DNA from: Octopus vulgaris
Lineage: Eukaryota
DNA: 64,000 bases
NCBI GenBank assembly: GCA_951406725.2
Contig: OX597828.1
Location: 6,696,001 to 6,760,000 of the forward strand
Reading direction: 5' to 3'
Positions 1 to 14,676 of this stretch are shown here, in pieces. The translations under genes were made by a program, and so were the position numbers. Positions within the stretch are counted from its first letter, which is position 1. Each line of letters begins with the position of its first letter. Below the pieces are notes generated by a model that was not told the origin of the DNA, searched no databases, and saw only the letters and a program-made list of their open reading frames with translations.

Positions 1-113
1 GTCAGAGTTTAACTCTACGTTAAAACTGCAATTGAATAAATCTTAAGATCAAAGGCATTCCAAGCATGGCTACCTCGTCGTTTGTCTAATGTACAAGAAA
101 TTTTCTGATGTAC

Positions 114-191
114 AAGAAATTTTAAAAAATAGCACGCGGGATTGTGAGGTCAACACCTCAAAATCCCGCGTGCTATTTTTAAAAATTTCTT
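114..191. repeat. Near-perfect hairpin, ~37-bp arms, 4-nt loop (CAAC)
   Basis: aagaaattttaaaaaatagcacgcgggattgtgaggt-caac-acctcaaaatcccgcgtgctatttttaaaaatttctt. Preceded by a direct duplication of atgtacaagaaatttt. Confidence 0.9.
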
Positions 192-344
192 TTTTATGAC
201 AGTTAATATATAATATGAGGCAGATTTGGTTTCTATTTCTTCAAGTCCGCACGACCACTTAGATATGTGGTCATTGGCTCAAATGGAAAAAGTTTTCTCT
301 TGATGTTCTTCTTTAATCCTGGATACATCTTAAGTACATTAAAT

Positions 345-490
345 CGACGTCAGTGCTTCACTGCTTCTTAACATTATCAATCCCGGAAAGATGAAAAGCG
401 AATCTGACCTCGACTGGTTTTGAACACAGAACATAAAGGGTTGTAAATAAACACCGTAGGCATATTTCCTGACGCTCTGACGATTCTCCG
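345..490 (-). mobile_element. Old SINE family B copy, degenerate
   Basis: atcaatcccggaaagatgaaaagcgaatctgacctcgactggttttgaacacagaac aligns with the family B core seen at 42347-42575. Confidence 0.6.
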
Positions 491-699
491 AGCAGACATA
501 TATATGCATATTGTTTGGTGGAAGGTTAGAGATGAAAGATATTATATTATGATAGATGGTGTCCTACAGATATAGTGCGTTCTCTTGATGATTCAGCTGT
601 GGAATGCCTTCGTGCAAATCCCGTTAAGGAAGTAATCACACCAGTTTACTGGTGTAGTAATATGTCTGCTGACGTTCATCTTTAATTTTATTTTTTGTA

Positions 700-913
700 G
701 TTGCTGTTGTTGTTATATGGGTAGTTGTCAGTTGTTGTTGTTGTTGCTGCTGTTGTGACTAATGGCGTTGTTGCTGTAACGTCTTTTTTTTTCCTTGTTG
801 TTACCAAGCAGTTGTTATTGATTCTGTTGTGCTTGTTGTTATTATTGTTGTTGTTGATATTGCTGTTGTCATTGATATCATCGTTGTTGATATTACTGTT
901 ATTGCTGCTGCAG

Positions 914-945
<32 letters not shown>

Positions 946-975
946 CATGTTGCCGTTGTTGTTGCTGTTGTTGCA
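700..975. repeat. Degenerate (GTT)n low-complexity tract
   Basis: Direct reading. Source of the poly-V/L/N ORFs. Confidence 0.9.
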
Positions 976-1139
976 GTTATATTTCTTTTGAAATCCTACT
1001 TTCTAAAACTTTGTACCGATTGATTACTGTTTTTATCTGTGAAAAATCTCAGCAGTTTCACATGTTATGCGTGCTTGCGTGTCTGCATAATAAATATGTG
1101 TGCGTGTGTGTGTGTATGTGGCTTTGCGTGAATGTGCAG

Positions 1140-1520
<381 letters not shown>

Positions 1521-2285
1521 CATGCATACATACATACAGGCATGTATGCACAAATTTTCATACACACACAGGCATACATATATACACACATATATATGCA
1601 TATATATAAATATTCATGTATATCTGTAGATCCGTACACATGAGCATACACATATATGTAAATACATATGTACACACACATGTACACATATAGATTCATA
1701 TACACATACTCATATATAAAGCATATATAAACACACAAACACATATATCTATGCATACCTAACCATACATATTTATACACACATACGTGTATACATACAT
1801 ATTTAGCGTATGTTTGTGTGCGTGTGTGTGTGTTTATGTGTGTTTGTATGTGTACACGTGTGTGAATATGTGGCCACGCCTATATTTTTATCTACCTGTG
1901 CCTCAGTGTCATCATATCAAGAGAAAGGGGTGGCAAAATAAATCTTGATGTTTAAAGATACAGGAAGAGTATTCAACATACAAAGATACATTCACTTACA
2001 CATACAGGCAAAGGTGTGCACACACGTTGATAGAAAGATAGATATATCCATTGCTTGACTGATAGATAGATGAGACAGACAGGCAGACAGACAGATAGAT
2101 AGAGAGATAAATAGAGGAAGAAAGGGTGAGAGATTAAAATGTTAGTTTGATGGATATAGGCGAAAGACAGAATGCTCGTAGGGTAAAACAACAAATAGCT
2201 AAGTAGGTAAAAATAAGTTGTATGCATGAGTGTGTGTGTGAGAGAGAGAGAGGGGGGAGAGTCTATGTATGTGTATGCATTTATG

Positions 2286-2380
<95 letters not shown>

Positions 2381-2818
2381 GCGAAAATTTGTGCGTGTCA
2401 GTGTGTCATACTTAGAACCCAATCTCTCACTATTCAATGACAATCTTATTATTCTTCATGATGGGGCGAGAGTAACAGTAGGCATAGAGACGGTGAAGGC
2501 GGTGACGACGACAGAGAGAGAGAGAGAGAGAAGAAAAGAAAGAATGAAAAAGAATGGGAGAGAAAGAGAGACAAAGAAATTTAGAAAGAGTTGATGATGT
2601 TATATTAAAAGTAGTAGCGTTGATGGTGGCAGTGGGAGAAATAATAAAAGAGAGAGAAAGAGTATGTGAGAGAAAGAGGGAGATGATTTACAATTTTGTG
2701 TAACCATATTTCTTTGAGAGAAATTTCTATGTCCAACATCCTGAACATTATCATTTTTGTTTTATTTTTTTATCTCTTAAATACACATATATATATGTAC
2801 ATACACACACACAAATTG

Positions 2819-3786
2819 TCTACTACATATGTGAAAAATCGGTGTCAGTTTGTTTGTGGCGTTGTTAGCTAACTCCTCGTACATCGTTTTATTCATTTTG
2901 ATGAAACTTAACACGTGAGTAGAACTCATGTCTGGAAACCTTGTGACATACTTAGATTGTTGACAAAATCGATAATACGGCCTCTGGGAGGGACCTTTAT
3001 ATCTACCTCAAATAACTATTTTTTTAAACACGCAAGGGAAATAATCCATAGTATCTGCACAATATTTTTTTAAACACTCAAGGGAAGTAATCCATTCCAT
3101 TGTTTATGTTCGATTTCTTATAATATTGATTTTTTTGTTTGTTCAATTTCTAATTTTTGCTGACAATATCACTTTATTTGACACGTGAGTAGAACTCATG
3201 TCTGGAAACCTCGTGACATGCTTAAATTGTTGAAACAAATTGATACTAGGGCTCTTCCAATGAATCCTTCTATCTACTATATATAACTAATATTTTATTT
3301 AAACAACCCAGCGGAAATAACCCATAACACCTGCAGTCTATAGCAAAAGGTCAATATTTGATTCTCACGATCAGCCGACCTAATTCTGCATTTCACTATC
3401 ACAGTTTTGAAATACTAATCATTATTTTTGCACTTCCTTAATTTGAATCTTTAACTTTAAAGACTTCATTCATACATTTCCATACATACATACTGTTTTG
3501 AATGCCCATTACTCCAATAATTCTGCATTTTACACTTACACTTTTTCGATGACAGGAGATATTTTTTTTATTCCACAAAGTATTTGTTGTGGCTTCATGC
3601 AGACATAGAGTGGATTCGATCCTCGATTGCCAAATTTAACTTAACACTTCAACAACGCTTTTTCCACCGTAAAACAATAGTTTTTTTCTGTGAATGACAG
3701 CAGTTATACTTTTCTCAAATGCCTTCGCTACGCAGAATAAAGTCTTTGCCGCTTGACCCTTCTAACCTCTTCTAGGCCACCACTAG
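2819..3786 (+). mobile_element. Putative non-autonomous Helitron-like element with internal ~270-bp-period duplication
   Basis: Starts TCtactacatat...gtcagtttgtttgt and ends ccaccaCTAG. The block acacgtgagtagaactcatgtctggaaacc... occurs at ~2912 and ~3181. The A|T target site and 3' hairpin are not clean. Confidence 0.45.
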
Positions 3787-4048
3787 CTGGAATGGAGATA
3801 ACAGACCTCCAAGGAAATTATTTGTGCTCAACAATATGTCTATCCTTCTGGCTGATTTTCCATTGTTATAAAAACAAGAACTCCGTAAGCTAAAGGCAGT
3901 TACTGAGAGCGACCATCATTGAGTGTGAATGTTAATGTTATTATTGCACTATTTCCAAACACTTCATTCATATATTTATATAACCTCCTCTCATCAACCT
4001 CCAAGAATCTTTCTCGCCAACCTTCGAAAACCTCTCTCGCCAACCTCC

Positions 4049-4114
<66 letters not shown>

Positions 4115-4298
4115 GCTGACAGTTTTTTGTACTTTTTCGTGACGAAAAATACACCTTTTGTGGCAGTTATAACGAAATTACTTTCTTATATCAGAGTAAT
4201 AAGGCGTTTCAATAGAACATCTTTACCCCCGGGAATTACCGCGTACACCAGCGAGATTACGCTTTATTTGAAAAAAAAATTCCCCAAAAGTAAACAAA

Positions 4299-4931
4299 TC
4301 TAATATAATAAATGAGAATGTCAGTGTCACACTTTTACAACTTTCATAAATCCTTTCTGCTGGAAGCACAAGGCCTCAAATTTTGGGGGATGGGATTAAG
4401 TCGATGACATCGACCGTAGTACGTAACTGGCACTAATTTTATCGACCCCGAAATGAAAAGTCAACCTCGGTCGAGTTCGAGCTCAAAACCTAACGGCGGA
4501 AGAACTGACGCTAAGCATTTTGCCCGCCGTGCTAACGATTCTACCAGCCTTAATATAATAATATAATATAATAAAAATGAATGACAGTGTGTCACACGTT
4601 TTCAGATTTATTCCTATAGACCATTGCCCTACATATCATACCATTTTGGAATCAAGCTGATTGTGTGAGTAAATTAAAATCATTCCGGGCCGAATCCGGT
4701 CCTGCAACCCCGAAACTTTGGATTCCTATGTTTTCATTACTGCGATTGTTTTCGGTAATTTTCTTTGCGACGAATATGATCATCATTGAGATATGACTCT
4801 GGAGGAAGCAATTGCAACAAATTCTCGAAATCAAGTTAGCGATCTGTTTGCAGATCTTCCCATTCAGGGTCAGTTGCTTAAAAGCTATATACTATCTCAA
4901 AAGCCGCCCGATATGTCGGCTTTTAAGCTAA
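4299..4931 (+). mobile_element. Non-autonomous Helitron interrupted by a SINE
   Basis: A|TCtaatataataaatgagaatgtc 5' end, re-duplicated at ~4560. Subterminal hairpin aaaagccg...cggctttt (4899-4924), then CTAA|T. Confidence 0.6.
4366..4549 (-). mobile_element. SINE family B
   Basis: aagtcgatgacatcgacc...tatcgaccccgaaatgaaaagtcaacctcgg...gctaagcattttgcccgccgtgctaacg. Confidence 0.8.
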
Positions 4932-4991
<60 letters not shown>

Positions 4992-5014
4992 ATGTATGTG
5001 TTTGTGTGTACCTA

Positions 5015-5200
5015 GGGTAGAATCGTTAGCGAGTCGGACATAATGCTTAGCAACACATCTTCTAGGTTGTGTTTTCGTTCTGCGTTCAAACGTTTCTGCG
5101 GTCGACTTTGCTGTCCATCCTGTTGCAATCGATTAGATATGTACCAACTGAACACTGGCATCGTTGTAATCGATTAGCCTTTCCCACGAAATTTCCCCAA
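5015..5200 (+). mobile_element. SINE family B, diverged
   Basis: ggtagaatcgttagc...aatgcttagc...gttcaaac...ggtcgactttgc. Confidence 0.7.
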
Positions 5201-5212
5201 TAGAAAGTACTA

Positions 5213-5320
<108 letters not shown>

Positions 5321-5321
5321 T

Positions 5322-5725
5322 TTCTCTTTATCACAAGTTTTGTTGGAGCTCCTGGAGTCGTGCATGAGTAGCGGGCTTACTGCCTGCCGCCTACTGTACG
5401 TTCTTTTCAGTTAATACTTCCCGGATTATTCTGACTGTGCCAAAGAGGCACAATTTTTGTAACAGTTCTACTGGGCACACTGGTCCAATTTCCTTTATAT
5501 TACCCTTGATGCCTTCTGATACTGTACACAAGGATCCAACAATAAGTGGCACTATCTTCACCTTTTTAATTTTCTATTGCCGGGCTATTTCGTACTGAAG
5601 AGGGTTGTATTTATCTATCCTTTCACCTCCCTTCTTGACTCTTTGTGGGTCATACGGGCATGCAACATCAACTTTACGGCATATATGATGCACCTTGTCC
5701 ACCACCACTAGGTCCGGTCATTTAT
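5322..5725 (-). mobile_element. 5'-truncated R4/Dong-like non-LTR retrotransposon (RLE domain and 3' UTR)
   Basis: Minus strand translates PDLVVVDKVHHICRKVDVACPYD...KY...IVPLIVGSL...LLQKLCLFGTVRIIR, a PD-(D/E)xK restriction-like endonuclease with a stop. Flanked on both sides by (ATT)/(AGT) repeats. Confidence 0.85.
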
Positions 5726-5737
5726 GCTCTATATTAC

Positions 5738-5795
<58 letters not shown>

Positions 5796-5808
5796 ATTAT
5801 TATTATTA

Positions 5809-5927
<119 letters not shown>

Positions 5928-6478
5928 GAGTGAGAGAGCAGTGCATGACATCAAAGTGACACTGACGTAAAATATACGAAGCCCAGTATACCCATCATGA
6001 CTACCCGTCTGATAAGGGTACACTAAGCACATGCATCACAACCATATGTGCGCGATATGGTGATCTCATATCAAGATAAACAGCGCATGACCTTGCAGGT
6101 GGGGCCCAGTTAGAATTTTCTTCTGGTTGAGTAACCCATCCCGCTGAAAAGGTCCCTGAATAAGGATTGTTTAAGGGTGTTGAACGAAACACCCTTGTTT
6201 CCAAATGTGAATTATCCAAACCTCTAAGAATTCCTACACGGCTACGATGCTCCCCCACTACTTCTGCTCGTGGTTAGAGATGCACATATCGTCAGCCACT
6301 AACGGACATGCTCAACTGGTTAAGGTCAAGCAACTGACGAGCAAATCTGTGGTATTGAGCAGAATATTTGCTGTAGCCCATCTTTTATACCAAGACAAAA
6401 CAATGTACATGATAACACTTCCAATCAGTTCAGTTCAGAAGCCATGAGAGCCAATGTTCGGTACTACATCAGGGCATA
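5928..6478. mobile_element. Unclassified ~550-bp insert between (ATT)n and a SINE
   Basis: GC-richer complex block with sharp boundaries and no recognisable ORF. Repeat status is inferred. Confidence 0.4.
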
Positions 6479-6617
6479 GGTCGTCTTTGCCTTTCATCCT
6501 TTCGGGGTCGATAAATAAAGTACCAGTTACGCACTGGGGTCGATGTAATCGACTTAATCCGTTTGTCTGTCCTTGTTTGTCCCCTCTATGTTTAGCCCCC
6601 TGTGGGCAATAAAGAAA

Positions 6618-6618
<1 letters not shown>
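6479..6618 (+). mobile_element. SINE family B, 3' half
   Basis: ggtcgtctttgcctttcatcctttcggggtcgataaa...tgtgggcaataaagaaata. Confidence 0.85.
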
Positions 6619-6678
<60 letters not shown>

Positions 6679-6681
6679 GTT

Positions 6682-6720
<39 letters not shown>

Positions 6721-6739
6721 GCATCCCATATTATGGATA

Positions 6740-7130
6740 TAAGTTATAAATTTTGTTATAGGTTTTTTCTGTATGTTTCTAAAATATCATTTGGTGCTGC
6801 ATTCGCCTATCCGTCCAAACGTTATTGGTGGCATAACAGATTATGTGCGTTGGCGGATGAATCTAATGCTCCGATGGTATTTGTTACAACTTTCACGTCA
6901 GTTGCTGTACATACTACAATCTTGATAAGCAGACGTATTTTTAGTTCTTTTCTGCTTCCTTATCTCTAATGGTTTTTCTGAAGGAACAGCAGCCTCAGTC
7001 ATGAGGAATTCGTCCTTTTTTTTTCTTTTTTCTTTAAGTCATTTATATTGCTATATCGTCTGCTTTATTCAAGTCATCTCCCTGGATGTGAAAATCCCAT
7101 GGAAGTTTTCGTTTACTATGTTAACTTAGT
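6740..7130 (-). mobile_element. Highly decayed RLE-type non-LTR fragment
   Basis: Frameshifted remnants WDFHIQ...EAAVPSE...RDKEAEK...IGAL, matching the layout of the 56081-57174 element. Confidence 0.5.
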
Positions 7131-8801
7131 ATTTTCCTGGTATATGATTGTATCTCAATCATGTGCTTTTTTGTCTTGTTTTGTTTTGTTTTTTGGTGGG
7201 AGTTACAATATGACTATTATAAGCTGAGACAAACCTAATTATGAAATTGCATGTACTCCTTCAGAGCTAACACTTTGCACCCGGCTATAATAAACTCAGC
7301 TGCTTCCACCCGCCTATTACATAGGTGATATTCAACGTTGATTATAGATCTGGCATTTGTACTGGATCTCAAACAGCAACTTAACAAACGCTCAGTTTTC
7401 TCTATTCAAAAGTAACTTCCATACTCAGTGACCATTTTTCATGCCTCTGTGAAACTTTCTATGTAACCGCATTTCTTCAAGCGCTTTCTTTCTCTCCCGT
7501 TCCGATTTTGTATGCCTTCTTTTTTCCCCCATTTTCAGCACAAGTAACACCTAGTTCTAGTAGCTTCGAAGAAAGGAATTCAACTACATCTCTACTACGT
7601 TACTGAGTATTTTTTTCGCTTAATTTTACATTAAAACGTTTATAAGTTCCTGAAACACACCCTTTCAGATAAACATTTGTACACACTCACACACGCGCAA
7701 ATATATATGTATATATACCCCTTCCTCGTCTATAAATAGAAAAAAATTCTTGTTTGTCTCCATTGAACCAAATAAAGAAACCCCCTCCCCATTGATAAAT
7801 CTAAATAACAAAGTGAACTCAGTGATAAAAAAAATCTACAGATGGAGAAGGACCTTCTACTACCATGTTCCTAATGATGAAATTAACCTCTCTGTCTATA
7901 TATCTACCCTCTTTATAATGTTGGCAAAAGAAATAAGTATAAAAATGTACGTTGTACATTAAATTTTAAAAAATGTATATGTGGCTGAAGATTGCTCTAC
8001 ATTTTAAAACTGATGTAATACTTACATTGTTTAATAAAATGAAGTAGCATGAAACGATTGTACTACACTACCTTGGATATCCTTGTTGCTTATTTAGATT
8101 ATAATTACCCCATTTGATTTATATGGATAATACCATACAAAATTCTGGTGCATTTAACATAAGTACCATATTCATCTGAATCTAAATTTTGCTGAGCGTA
8201 TATATATATATATACAGAGATACACACAAGCACACATGCACACATATACACACACATACACACACACAGACTTTTGTGTACGCGCGCGTGTGTGTGTGTG
8301 TATGCTTGTGTTGGCATGTGTGCATGGATAGAGTTCTATGTGCATATTATGTTGTAGTGATTGAAATCTCAGTTCTGCAATTTAAAATAATCTAAAGTCT
8401 GGTCATTCAGGGCTTTGTGAGTGGAACTGGATAGACGGAAACTGTGTGGAACTCTTACATATGCATTACACCTACAGTTCTAAGTGTCGCTTTTGACATA
8501 CCCTTTGCATCATACTCATTCTGCTTGGAAATTACGTTTACAGTGACGGTGGTAAAGGCATAATCAACTGCTTCATCTATCTTTCAGTGACTGGAGAGAC
8601 CAGTTGATCGAAGAATAAAATATACATCGTCGAAACCGATGAAGAACCTTTGTCTTTTCTTTTTAATTTTATGAATAGATACATACATAGACACACGCGT
8701 CGCGCACTCCTATATATATCTCTGGGCGTGTGTTTATGTATGCGTCTGTAATAAATAAATGTGTGGGTGTGCGCGTGTCTGTATGTGTTTGACTATGTAT
8801 G

Positions 8802-8849
<48 letters not shown>

Positions 8850-8919
8850 GACACCAACACACGTACATATGTACATATACATATGGACGAATATGTGTAA
8901 ATATATACACATATACGTC

Positions 8920-8958
<39 letters not shown>

Positions 8959-8983
8959 ATATATATGCTTAGATTTATAAATA

Positions 8984-9053
<70 letters not shown>

Positions 9054-9495
9054 CATATTGTATGTCTTTGTAAACATACTATAATATAAACGTACGTATA
9101 TGATACGTACATCCACTTGTACACAACTTCAAACCAATTCAAATTTGTGTTTGTGTTTGTGTATGTGTAAATGTATATTTGTATGCATCCGTGTACAGAC
9201 ACTTATATTGAATCACATATGCATAGAGTTTGCAGTATATTTTACATTCGATCTCTCATACATAATACATGTCTAAGCATATTCTCTTCCAATATATTCT
9301 AAGTTTTACCATAATGATTCTCTTTCAACTTGTATTAGGGTTTGTTTTAAAAAGATAAATCATTTACAGTATATATTTATTTATTCTTCTTTTGTTCATA
9401 CACACACTTGAGAAGTCTACATCTCTTCCATGTTCCAACACAGCTTTCTTCTATATAACATATGTTGTCCTCCATATTTGCATATTTTTCTCCAG

Positions 9496-9524
9496 CAATC
9501 ATGGCGGCTCGGATCCTTTCAAGT
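9496..9524 (+). CDS. Candidate 29-nt microexon containing ATG (MAARILSS)
   Basis: tttttctccag|caatcATGGCGGCTCGGATCCTTTCAAGT|gtaagt: strong acceptor and consensus donor. No expression or homology evidence. Confidence 0.35.
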
Positions 9525-9801
9525 GTAAGTTTTCCAGACATCCATGTATTTCAAGATACACAAACAAACTCCGCCCCACCACGCACACACACGCACACAC
9601 ATACACTCACTCACACACACACACACACACACTCACACAGACAGACGCACGCATATTTTAACATATTCACTGAAGTGTATGTACTTATATTTGTTTTTTT
9701 TTCTATGAATATATGTATAAATGTGTGTATGTATGTATTGTATGTATATATATATATATGTATGTATGTATGTACGTGTGTTTATATTTGTATGTGCACA
9801 T

Positions 9802-9850
<49 letters not shown>

Positions 9851-10013
9851 GAGAGAGATAGACAGATAGATACATGTTTATATATATAGGTATACATGTG
9901 TATGGTGTATGTATATTGTATGTCATGCTTGCATGTAAATGTGTATAACTGAAATATACTCAGGTATATTTAGATATATTGTTTTCTTTATGCAGACACA
10001 CACATCTTTATAA

Positions 10014-10055
<42 letters not shown>

Positions 10056-11062
10056 CATAAAACAACATATGTGTATATATATGTACGTCCTTACATATGT
10101 ATATATTACATATGCGTAGATATATGTATACACACAACAGTCAAAAATGTACTTGCACATTAATATTCAATATGAGGTATGAAAATGTATTTTGATGAAT
10201 GTATGTGTCTTGTGTGTTGATGTATGTATGTATATTTGTATGTATTTGTATGTTTGCGTATGTATATACAAAGATTGCATGAGAGAGTGGGAGTGAGGTA
10301 AGAAGAGGAAGGGATTTGTATATTAGTCAGTCAGGCGGCAGATTTGCAGCTTTACACTGAGATAATTTGATTTAGTTATAACAAATACGATTTTAGTTTG
10401 ACCGAGTTTGTCTATTAAAATATCGTTCAGTGGTTTTATACTGACACAACCCTTTCAGTTTTGAACTGAGTCAAACATTTAACATGATTTTGTTCACATT
10501 TCTAATTTTAGAATATCAGAAATTAAAGCTTTTCACTTAAAACATCATCCCCGTTTTAGACAACAATCCGAACTTACGAACAAGCAACTACTTAAGATAG
10601 CGTATAGAGCTAGGTTTTTCATTTTGGCCCAATTAGTTAATTTTTATGTAAATTGTTTTTATTTTGCCAATTATTTCTGGACAAAAATATTCCTAACTTC
10701 TTTTCCATATACAAAATTTGTTGTTAACTCATCAAAACCAATTTGAGAAGAATATTAAGCTAATAAGATTTAAGCAGAAAACTTGTTTGCAATCGTGTCA
10801 CTTGTTTGCAAACAGATGTCGGATTTCCTCTCCTGAATATGTAAAATAGTTTTTCGAAATGAATTTTTAATTTCAACTAATTAACTTTCCATCTATTAGA
10901 GAGACGCTCAAAATTACCATCAGGCTCTTATTTTCTTTCTCAAAGTGAAAGCCAAATTTCAATTAATTATTTCATTTTGATTAATTATTTTTGCATACAT
11001 CATTCAGTATATAATCCCTTTATTTACCTAAATTCATAGTATACGTCTACCACATGTGTGTA

Positions 11063-11105
<43 letters not shown>

Positions 11106-11321
11106 GAGAGAGAGTATGTGTGTGTGTGTACTCAAAATACGATATATTCCATGTTTATACTTGACAAACCAATGTGAAGAACGCCTATACATTTATCTTA
11201 AATTTTAATATCACCCAAGAGAATATGTTTTCATAATTCCTGAATGAGCCAACAGCATTGGAATGGTTTATCATGTCAGTTTACACCTATTCATCATCTT
11301 AGTTGTATAGTCAGTAGCTTA

Positions 11322-11369
<48 letters not shown>

Positions 11370-11429
11370 TGTGTGTGTGTGAGTGTGCATATATATATGT
11401 ATATGTATATATATGATAATATGTGTGTG

Positions 11430-11462
<33 letters not shown>

Positions 11463-12924
11463 ATGCATGTATATGTATATACAGTGTTAAATGTTTACAC
11501 AAATCCGTAATAAGTGTACATTTTCATAATACTGTTGTTGTTATGCTTTTGTTGTTGTTTTGTTGCTGCTGCTGCTGCTGCTGTTGTTATGTTGCCCAGC
11601 GTCAGCCTTGAACGAGCTAACTTGTGAACGAACGTATCCCAGCGGTAACAATTCAATCATTTCTTTCTTTTTTTTTCCCTTGTTTTTTCTTCTTTTTCGA
11701 GATAATGCATCTATGACTATGAGTACTACTTAAGGGAGATAGGAGATTTAAGGGAGAGTTCTCAGGTATTTTTATCAGTTAGAGGGACCGCATCAAGACT
11801 AAATTTTTCTACAATATAATGTAATATGAGGTTGATGGCGTTAGTAATATCGTTTACGATATCTTTAAGCTCTTAAAGGGAACATAAGTTGAAGATACAG
11901 ACTTGTTCTTTGGTATATTGTTTCAGACACTACATATACTCTTGCTAACGTGATTCGATTCCTGTTCGTTTAATTTAATTTGGTGTAGACGATTACATAG
12001 TTTCGTACAATGAAAGGCAGCAGACATTAGCCTGGAGAAATATGAAGATATTACAGTAATGGAAAATAAGGTTCTATTAACTACGAGATAACAGCACTTA
12101 GAGGTTCTTACTTCGTTGTAGTATTAGTATTCTGTTAAGATATTTCTGCGTTGCCACTTTCTCTTCTCACTTCTTTTCACTAAGAATAAATCAGATGGTT
12201 GAATAGTAGATTTAGTGCTGGTGATCAGTGTAATACACATTTAAACATCACTAAGCTCATATAAACGGAGTGAAATGGAAACAGAGTTGTATTATATTCA
12301 TTATAAATACTCATTTTATGTTGAGGCTTACACCTCAATATATATTTATGACCTTGGCTGTGTATTAGCTAAATACCTCATAAATTAGATGATAGTAACT
12401 CATGTTGGAAGAATATATGTTGGCTATATTATATGTAAGAGAAATAGGTTACTGACAATAAGTATATTAGCTTCCTATAAGACACGATGTCATCTCAAGG
12501 ATAGGATAAGATGGGTTCGACAGAAAAGTAATACAACGTTTAAGAAATTAAATAACCATTAAACTTCATAAACAAACACACACTCACACACATGTGCATA
12601 TGTGTGTGTATCATTATTCAACTTTATTTAAAGATTTCTTGCCAATAGCGAAATAGAGAAAGAGTTGGTTTTGTAACCAACATCCGAGGCCCTTTCATTG
12701 GAATTTCAACAACGTCTGCAACGTATCTGTGTACGTATGTGTGTCTGTGTTCAGTATCTGGAGTCAGTACCTGTGCAGATTTTTATGATGTGATTCATAT
12801 GTGTATTCTCATGCATATACTTGCATTCCAGACATGCGCATACATATTTAGTGTATGTATGTATGTATGTATGTATGTATGTATGTATGTATGTATCTAT
12901 CTATCTATCTATCTATCTAGGTTT

Positions 12925-13310
12925 CTCTTCTCTTTTTAAATATCTAAATTCTTCCTTTGAAGAAGGAACTGATTTCTAACAAAGCTCAATCGTTGGAATA
13001 TAGACAATGAAAGCAATGTTACATTTTAAACCTGAGAAAAATCTTGCAAAGATTTATTGTTCCGCTTACAGATTGTATTTGTAAATTTCGAGTAGGCTGA
13101 TATATTTTCCTGAAAACCCAATCGTATTCAGTCTGACAGTTAGGCATTTACTTACAAAACCAAGTGCTCCAATTATTAATGGTATAAATGTACATTTGTT
13201 ATCCGAGAATAGAAGCTGGAGATTTCGAAGCAGTTGCCCATAGTTATCTTCGTTCTCTTTAATTTCAAGAGAGATATCCACATCAGCAGGATAGCTGAAC
13301 TCTGTGAGAA
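12925..13310 (-). mobile_element. RLE non-LTR retrotransposon 3' fragment (same family as 29085-29620)
   Basis: ORF 13066-13491 contains EFSYPADVDISLEIKENEDNYGQLLRNLQLL...IPLIIGALGFVSKCL. Confidence 0.8.
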
Positions 13311-14640
13311 AATCTTCTTGCACAGGCATTGCACGATAACAACATTGATTAAGCTTCGTGCAATGGCCATACTCAATAACGAGGGGGCAGCCACCATGTA
13401 TGTATGTACCAGTTGAAACTTCAGAACTATACGAGCACAACGTAAGTTCAAACCCCAAAAGAAGACTTCTAAAACTACAAGTATGAGTCATTTTCTAAGA
13501 GGTTACAGTGATTTATAAAATTTACTCTAAGTACCGAAAGACTGAACTTACAGCCTCAGTTGCCTAGACATAAAGAAATGTCCTTATTTACTATCCCATA
13601 TTGCTTAGTAGCTTTGTTGATTTGCTTCAGGTAATCAGAGTGAGATATTCAGAATAAGATATTCATGTGTTTTGAAAAGTTCAGCAAATGTACACCGTAG
13701 GTTTTCATTGGCATGAATGAAAACGATGTAATAAATCATATATACTATTTCAAAGGGACAGTTTTTCTAATGTTGCACCAATTTAGCTAAGACGTTTATA
13801 AAGACCTGTCAATCATAAATAAAATCTCTTTAATAAGACCCTGAGCTCAAGTGTTAAGTTTTCCCACCTACAACATAACTAAATGAATTGTAAGATATAG
13901 ACAGAGGCTGTAAATAGTCATTCGCCCCACCAGAAATAGCAGTCATAACGCAGTCAAATTACACCTATCTGCCTGAAAAAATGAAGTCAAACTGGATAAT
14001 ACTTGATATATATAAAAAAAATATGGGTTAGTCACGACTCTAATGCTTTTGAATAAAAACTTTGTTGGTTAAACAACAACTACAAAATAGCTGTTAAGTC
14101 AAGAAAGGAACGTACGTACAGTCGATTGGAAATCAAATTCCTCTCAAATCATTTACACCGTATTGTGTACTGTTAGGATAGATAAGCCGGACAATATTAA
14201 ATGGTGACTGTTGGAATACTGCTGATAGTGTATTAGTTCAACCAGAGCTCAAGACAAGATAAATGGCCAACGACACTCGCTGTAACAACCACTCCACCTG
14301 GCAGGGCTCGTTTCTCCGAAAGGTCACCGTTATCTCTATTTTGCAGAAGAGATAAGTAGTATAGCCCCTCCTCTCCCTTTTCGCTGCTTTACTCCCTCCC
14401 ACACATTTTTTTCTTCCTTTTCTTATCTTATCTTCATTCCTATTTCAGTGTATTTAAAAGTTCTACCGCAATGCTAATTAGTGTGTTAATGCCTCTACGT
14501 ATTCGGTTACCTGAAGTGTGATACAAGACAAGGTTAAAGATTCACAGTAACGAAAGGACAAACAGGCTCTTTTGAACTCGCGCCTCGTCTACTGAAAATC
14601 TCAATAAGTCATCCATTGCATTCGCTTGGTGTCAGCAAGT

Positions 14641-14676
<36 letters not shown>

